Below are positions 57,804 to 64,000 of a stretch of 64,000 nt of DNA, piece by piece. The stretch lies in contig LSRY02000031.1 of NCBI GenBank assembly GCA_001643675.2, positions 1 through 64,000 on the forward strand, in the 5' to 3' direction. Under the pieces are notes generated by a model. The model had not been told where the DNA came from. It did not search any database and saw nothing but the letters and a program-made list of their open reading frames with translations. Position 1 is the stretch's first letter, and each line of letters starts with the position of its first letter. Source of the DNA: Monocercomonoides exilis PA203 (lineage: Eukaryota > Protista > Preaxostyla). The position numbers and the translations under genes are program-made.

Positions 57804-60800
57804 TTATCTTTCTCGAAATTTGCTCCCTTCTTTAATTTCTTTGTAGTCTCTTCGCTTCCTTCTTTTCACAACACACACGACAACCACCACAATGACAACC
57901 ACAACAACTGCAAATGCGCAAGAAGAAGCTATAACTATAATCAGCTGTGTTGTCGTTAATTTCTTCGGATTGTCCTCTTTCCGCTTCACCAAAAACCAGT
58001 CTTTTGTGTGCTTCTTTTCATTTGCAGTTATGCCGCTCGAATATGACAAACGGCACACAACCGAAGTTTGATCATCTCCATCCAGAAGAGCCTTGGGAAT
58101 CTTCACTTTCATTTCTGCCTCTCCCACAAAGTCTGTCACTGGGCAGTCAACCCATTTCAGCTCTTCTCCTTTTCTTTCTTTTGCAGCTTCAAATGTCAAT
58201 TCACAAGGAAAGAGACAGCTTCCATGAACAATTCCAGTCACTGTTTCTTCCTCATTTTCTTTATCTTCACCATTTGCTTCTCTTTTTCCCCTGTTTGCGC
58301 CTTCAGCATCTTTCACTATCGTCACATTCTTCAGCACAGGAGAAAAGAAGAGAGAGTCCATTTTTTTCGCTGCTTCTCCGCTCGCATTCCCATCCGCAAT
58401 CATTCCAAACGGCTTCCCTTCCGTCCCGTCGCTTCCCTGTGCCAGAGATATAACACAGACAGAAGAAGGTTGTTTTCCTTTAGCTCGAATGTTGTGCCTC
58501 AATGAAGGGAATTTCTCCCAATCCGCATTAATTGGATGGTTGTTTGCAAAGCTGCAGTTGCTCAGATTCAAGGGACTTCCGTCTGTGAAGATAACTCCCT
58601 CGCTGATGTTGACAAACGAGCAGTCTTCAAAGACTGTTGTCGGAGTCTCGTGAAGCGTCACAAGCCCTGAATCCCACAGGCACAGACCATTCTCTGCCTC
58701 TTTTATTTTGTTAATTGGCTCTGGTTTTGTCTTTTTTCCTTTCATCTCCAAAAAATATTCGTTCTTTTCGCTTTTCTCTTCGTCAGCTCGTCTCCCTTTG
58801 TTTGTATTGCCATTTCTTCCGTAAATCGCAAGTTGCTTAAAGTTTCCAAATTCCTTCTCAATCACTATCAGCTTGTATGGCAACGGTTTTCCTTCTCCTC
58901 CTTGGACGCTTTCTCCTGTCAGCTCTGTAAACCACGGTCTAAGCACAACATCAATGATGGTCAATTGATTTTGAGTGAAGATCAAATTCAGTGCTTCTCC
59001 TTCAACTGCATCTGGGTATTCTATATCAACATGCCTGAATGTACAAGAATAGCGCCAGTTTTCAAATACTGCCAGTGATTTCCCTGCGTATATCTTTGAT
59101 TCAATATGAAGCGTTCCGCGATTCGGCTCTGCATTTAACAATGAAGACGAAGATAAATCAGGTGCTGAAGCGAATGTCATTGACTGCTTTGTTTCAAATG
59201 GTTCGTCTACTGAAACCATTCCTATAAAAAGCATCATAAATGCCTCGTTTAGTATATTGTGCTTTGTTCCTGTGCTGATTCGATCGCATGGCGCTGTTTT
59301 GCTTCCGCAACTCTTTCCGTTGCTTGCTTTCTCTCCTCCAACAAAAATCCTGCTCGAACGATACGGCAGTCTGTTAGCTTCGTCCGTTAAAAGATCGATA
59401 ATATTTGCTTCATCGCCTTTCCTTTCTTCCAAAAGTATTCCATTCGGCTCTCCATAAATCTCCTCCATTTCAAATACAAAGAGTTCATCTTTCAATTGCT
59501 CTCTTCCAACTGGAAGTGACAAGAAAACATATTTTCCTTCTTTTGCTGCACAATCAACGAAATTCAAATTTTCTAATGATAATTTAACTGGATCAGTGAC
59601 GCCATCGGAGACTCGAACAAAAATCGCTCCTCCTTTTGATTCTTCATTTCTGTCTAATGTATTCACTTCCTCATTGCTCGTTGGATTTCTGACAGAACAA
59701 TTTCGAAAAGTTGTGTGCGAAACTGAAAATTCATTGGCGCTGTTTCCAACTTCCATATATATGCAGCCTCCTATTTTGTGTTCCACCGACCAGCAGTTCA
59801 GAATTCTACCATTTGTCACAGAAACTTGTTCGCATCCCTCCAAAACAGTCACAACAGACTGTGTTGCGCTTTTGACTGAAAGCTTATTGAGCAAAAAGCC
59901 GAAGAATATAACTGCCTTTGCTGCTTCGCAAAGAATAATTGCAGACGAAGAAATAAAGTTCTCGATGGTTACGGTAACTAAAAATAATGTCCCCGTCTTG
60001 CATTCTATCAAAGCGCAGTTAAGCTCTTGCTTTTCATCAGTCGCTGTGATATTAACATCATAAAGCTGGGCTGATGTATCGTCTCCGTCTGTAACAATCA
60101 GCCCGTTGCTTCTTCCGCTTGCTCTTGTCGTGTCCACATTGATTTCTGCTTCATACAGCAGAAGACTGCCTTGCTGTTTCAAGTTGAAAACCCCTTCGCC
60201 TGGAAGCACCTTCGTTTCGTCCAGAGCGGTCGTAATGGAGATTTTCCTGACATCTCTGTTTAAAACTTCAATTTTGCACCCTTCTATTGTTATTGGTTCG
60301 ATGTCGTATTTGTTGCAATCTTTGGTCGTGTAAATGCGAAACAGCCTCCCCGTAAGACTGTTCTCAATCGCCTTTTTCATCGTTTTGCATGGCTTATTCC
60401 CTTCTTTGCCGCATTCATCGTTGTCCACTCCATTTATCGCGTCAACATCCACTTCGAACGAGTTGTAAGCCAGCCAATCGTCGTGTATGATTGATGTGGT
60501 GCTTGGCCTTTTCACGACAACTCGCTCTTTCTTCGTTGAGCTAATGCATGCTGCATCAAAAGGATTCTTGTTCATCTCAGAATCCCCCTTGCAGAGGATA
60601 ACCACGTCGTTTGCATCTATTTTACCCTCATTTTTTGCAAAGAAGCAATCCTTAAAAAAGATTCCGTCACCTTTTATGTTCTCTTCGTCCAAAGTCAAAT
60701 AAACTCCGCCTCCAGACTTCGCTGTGCATCTTTCAAACGTCACATTATTGCACTCAAATCCTGCCATTTGCGTCAACTCAAGTACATACAGCCCTCCACC

Positions 60801-61883
60801 TCCTTCTGCGGCCACGCAGCTATAAAATTCAACGTTTTCCAGTTTCACTTTCCCTTTCGTCATCCCAATCATCATCCCCCCACCTTTTGTAGCCTCCCCA
60901 TTCCTGAATGTTGTATCAACGATATTCAGCTCACTCTCTGGATGCATTATTTCAAAATAAAGGCTGCTTCCCTTTTCTGACAAAGGCGATATTGAAGTAA
61001 ATGAGCATTTTGAAATTGAAATCTCAACTTTTTTGTTTTCCTCGCTTTTAGCCTCAAGTATCGCAGGGCCCGCAGTTTTTCTGTTAGCATAATCAAAGTA
61101 ACTTCCTTCCAGTGTAAATGATGATGGAAGTTTCAGAGCGCATTCTTTGTTCAATGTTGCTTCACCAAATTCGAAGCCTCTCAATTTTTGTAAAGCAGCA
61201 TCTTCAGAAATATGCAAAATTGCTCCATTAAAGTTTTTGAAATTTGATGATAATATCCAATAAAGCTTGTCAATTGAGATTTTCCCTTCCATAACACTCA
61301 AGACCGAAAAAGGCAATAAATCTTCTGTCCATCTGTTTAGACTAATGCCACAGTCGCTAATTGTTAAGTCTCCGTCAAAACCTCTTGAAAGAATAATCGC
61401 CGATTCCTCGTCTGTTTCCGTTGAAGATTGTTCAGTCTGAGGTAAAATTAGATTAAATGTCAAATGTTCCAATTTTAAAATTTTTTCGTTTGCAATATGG
61501 AACTTTCCTTTTTCCACGAGATCTTTCAAGTCAAAATCAAGTATTCCTCTGGTGTTACTGTCTACTCCTGAATCCATTGTTAAGCTGAACTCTTTGTTAA
61601 ATAAAAATTCATATTGAATTTCTGCAAAATCAACAATTTTAATAGATTTGTCCCCAGGATCATCTCCAAGTCTTTCAATTCCTTTTACAACCGATTTGCA
61701 TGGTTCGCCTTCGACTCCACAGTTGGGGTTCGAATCGTCCCCTCTGTCGGAAATAAAAACAATTGTTATTGGTGCTTCTTGAACGCTTCCTCTTTCAGCA
61801 ACAAGTTCTCTTTCCGAAAAAGTTTGATTATTTTCGTTTGTGTTTGAAAAAGCGCTTGCAAATAGTGCTATTATAACAAACAT
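57804..61883 (-). CDS. Host type-I membrane surface/adhesin-like protein, right-handed beta-helix (GGA(I/L)/GGG repeats)
   Basis: Intact 1359-aa ORF with a signal peptide, G.D...CG....PC repeats, C-terminal TM helix, KRRKRR and a YKEI tail. Confidence 0.88.
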   Translation of the reverse strand: MFVIIALFASAFSNTNENNQTFSERELVAERGSVQEAPITIVFISDRGDDSNPNCGVEGEPCKSVVKGIERLGDDPGDKSIKIVDFAEIQYEFLFNKEFSLTMDSGVDSNTRGILDFDLKDLVEKGKFHIANEKILKLEHLTFNLILPQTEQSSTETDEESAIILSRGFDGDLTISDCGISLNRWTEDLLPFSVLSVMEGKISIDKLYWILSSNFKNFNGAILHISEDAALQKLRGFEFGEATLNKECALKLPSSFTLEGSYFDYANRKTAGPAILEAKSEENKKVEISISKCSFTSISPLSEKGSSLYFEIMHPESELNIVDTTFRNGEATKGGGMMIGMTKGKVKLENVEFYSCVAAEGGGGLYVLELTQMAGFECNNVTFERCTAKSGGGVYLTLDEENIKGDGIFFKDCFFAKNEGKIDANDVVILCKGDSEMNKNPFDAACISSTKKERVVVKRPSTTSIIHDDWLAYNSFEVDVDAINGVDNDECGKEGNKPCKTMKKAIENSLTGRLFRIYTTKDCNKYDIEPITIEGCKIEVLNRDVRKISITTALDETKVLPGEGVFNLKQQGSLLLYEAEINVDTTRASGRSNGLIVTDGDDTSAQLYDVNITATDEKQELNCALIECKTGTLFLVTVTIENFISSSAIILCEAAKAVIFFGFLLNKLSVKSATQSVVTVLEGCEQVSVTNGRILNCWSVEHKIGGCIYMEVGNSANEFSVSHTTFRNCSVRNPTSNEEVNTLDRNEESKGGAIFVRVSDGVTDPVKLSLENLNFVDCAAKEGKYVFLSLPVGREQLKDELFVFEMEEIYGEPNGILLEERKGDEANIIDLLTDEANRLPYRSSRIFVGGEKASNGKSCGSKTAPCDRISTGTKHNILNEAFMMLFIGMVSVDEPFETKQSMTFASAPDLSSSSLLNAEPNRGTLHIESKIYAGKSLAVFENWRYSCTFRHVDIEYPDAVEGEALNLIFTQNQLTIIDVVLRPWFTELTGESVQGGEGKPLPYKLIVIEKEFGNFKQLAIYGRNGNTNKGRRADEEKSEKNEYFLEMKGKKTKPEPINKIKEAENGLCLWDSGLVTLHETPTTVFEDCSFVNISEGVIFTDGSPLNLSNCSFANNHPINADWEKFPSLRHNIRAKGKQPSSVCVISLAQGSDGTEGKPFGMIADGNASGEAAKKMDSLFFSPVLKNVTIVKDAEGANRGKREANGEDKENEEETVTGIVHGSCLFPCELTFEAAKERKGEELKWVDCPVTDFVGEAEMKVKIPKALLDGDDQTSVVCRLSYSSGITANEKKHTKDWFLVKRKEDNPKKLTTTQLIIVIASSCAFAVVVVVIVVVVVCVVKRRKRRDYKEIKEGSKFRER

Positions 61884-62138
61884 TTTCGGTTCAATCCAAT
61901 GTTTTGATCAAGTAACTATAATTAAAAATAATCCAACTTTTATTTAAGAGTCATTTGATTGAGAACAATATGGCAAATTTTATATAGAAATTAAAATTAT
62001 TGTGATATTATTTTCGAAAATGTATTTCATAAATGTGTTAGTGACTTATTATCAAAGAAGTACTAATAATCTCGCTGTTTGAGTTCAAACGTATAGGAAG
62101 AAATATTTTAGCTTTATGAATTGTATTTAATGTTATAT

Positions 62139-62611
62139 GGGGCAAAATATTATGCTTCAAGCATTTTCATTGAAAAATTATGAACTTTTCATGGACTTTT
62201 TGAGACCAAAAAACATATTAAAAAAGGGTTCAATTTTTGACATTCGTGAAATGTTGGAAAACATTATGTTTTTTTTTTTTTTTTTTTACGACGATGCCTG
62301 TTGAAGGAAATGAAAATCAAATTTGTTTTGAAAACATATGGGGGAAAATAGGAACTTTCAGGTTTTTTTTTTGCACCAGTCATTGAAAAATTGCTTCACT
62401 CATAACTTTATTTAGCATTCTCAGAATTCAAAAAAAAATTTGATTTTCATATCTAGTTAACAGGCATCATTGATATAATAACAAAATGTTTTGTGTCATT
62501 TCACGTATGTCAAAAAATGAACACTATTTTATTAAGTTTTTTGATCTCAAAAAGTCCATGAAAAGTGCATAATTTTTCAATGAAAATGCCTGAAGAAAAA
62601 TATTTTTCCCC
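62139..62611. mobile_element. 473-bp foldback MITE with GGGG ends and ATAT TSD (Sola-like)
   Basis: Imperfect TIRs over 110 bp long (GGGGCAAAATATT... / ...TATTTTTCCCC); ATAT at 62135-62138 and 62612-62615. Confidence 0.8.
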
Positions 62612-62735
62612 ATATGTTATTTCAATATTTTTATGTTTAATGAATAGGAAATTGATGATTTGAAAAAAATAGAAATATAAAAATACAATAAAAATATTCA
62701 TTTTAAGGTCATGATTAAAATGAATAAAGAATCAA

Positions 62736-63733
62736 TTAATCGTCGCTCCAATTTGATGCATTAGCACCATCAGAAATCTCATCACTTGAAGAATTGTCAT
62801 CTTCTGGAACAGAAATATCATCAATATCATCTATATCAGGAACATCATTTTCGATTTCTTCTTCTTCTTCTATGATTTCTCTCTCATTTTCTCTTCCATA
62901 GACGATATATCCCACTATATTCAAAGAAGATACTTTCAAAGTTTTTTCATACTCCCCAAAAAATGATTATTTCCAATATATTTCTCCCTTATGCCATGCC
63001 TTAAAAAAAATTCTCAGATGAGACCACATTCATTCTACTGCATTTGTGTATGTCTACGAAATTTGATCCACTTTACACTTTGAATGATTAAATGTTGGAT
63101 GAATGAAACCATGGGCATAGGTGTAACTGCGTCCCTTTTGCAATTCTTGTTTTTAACAATTAATTTTATGATGCTTGAAAAGCAAAAATTATTTATAAAC
63201 TTTTGTATGGACCGATTTTTCGTAAAACTTTTTGTTTGTCGTGAAAAAATTTATTTTAAAAATGACCCATAAATATGAGTATTTGAATAAAATTTTTAAA
63301 ATCAAAAACAAATAAATCCTGAAAAATATCTTGAATGTCTCTAAATGCATTGTACACTTATATTTGTTTGATATTTTCACGAAAAATATAAATTTGAAAT
63401 TTAATTTATTTATATGCAATCATTTGATCAAACCCATATTTTAATTTTATTTATTTGGACAACTTTAATTTGACGGTGCGGGTTATGCAATGTTCGAACG
63501 TATGTATTTGTTGTTTCTATATGTGATCATTATCAAATGCAAATTATACCAATTGTGTTCGTGTCAGAATATCCTGTTTCTGCTTTTTCAATTGCTAATA
63601 CAAGTTTCAAAGAAAAATCTTTGCTTTCAAAATCTTTCATTTCATAAAATGCTGTTGTACAATTGACACATTTATTTTCTTTGCACAAGACTGAAATGTG
63701 AAGCCAACATGTATTGCAAAATGACAAAATCAC
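62736..63733 (-). pseudogene. Merlin/IS1016 (ISXO2-like) transposase remnant
   Basis: Minus-strand translation HGFIHPTFNHSKCKVDQIS*TYTNAVE*MWSHLR matches the H.tVNHs..fVD...hTN.iE..Ws.lK signature. Also VVQIN (D1-like) and a CxxC segment upstream. Confidence 0.6.
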
Positions 63734-64000
63734 GTATTCAACAATCTGTTTGCAATTTATTTTGTTTGGAACATTTGTTATTTACTCTTATATTTCGTAA
63801 AGTACAAGGAAAAGATCATTCCTTTAGGAAGGAATGCAGGAGTTTTGATATTGATACATAGAAGCTAAATTGAAGGGGCATTATCAGATAAGAGCAAAGA
63901 AGGAGGAGCACTGAAGATCGTTCTGAAGAATGGAGGATTTATGGCACTTGAAAATAGTTCATTTGTTGGATGTGTTTGTCAGAATGGGAGTGAGGGTGGA

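Overview
AT-rich eukaryotic chromosome end, probably an oxymonad (Monocercomonoides-like; inferred from the host surface-protein families and TTAGGG telomeres). About 3.7 kb of (CCCTAA)n telomere (with a nanopore adapter remnant at base 1) is followed by a truncated hAT remnant and then a ~37 kb nested stack of mobile elements whose ends and target-site duplications (TSDs) can be read directly. A Tc1/mariner-type shell (6502-43457, TA TSD) holds a hAT-type element (6549-31290, 8-bp TSD) and a Sola-type element (31324-42205, ATAT TSD, DDD transposase plus ~7.5 kb of gene-like cargo). The hAT element holds a mariner-like MITE (7142-27469), which holds a full-length ~20 kb endogenous Polinton/Maverick-like virus (7229-27190). 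The virus has 232-bp TIRs, unusual ACTACT...AGTAGT ends and a 4-bp TSD. It encodes pPolB, an rve-type integrase, two phage-like fibre proteins, two KilA-N proteins, a putative penton and major capsid protein, an adenovirus pVI-like amphipathic protein and a packaging ATPase. Inside it, a Prim-Pol/SF3-helicase gene is bracketed by its own 110-bp iteron-bearing inverted repeats, which is the most unusual feature of the window. Several viral genes carry nonsense or frameshift lesions. The distal 20 kb has host beta-helix surface-protein genes, decayed genes, Sola-type MITEs and a Merlin-like transposase remnant.
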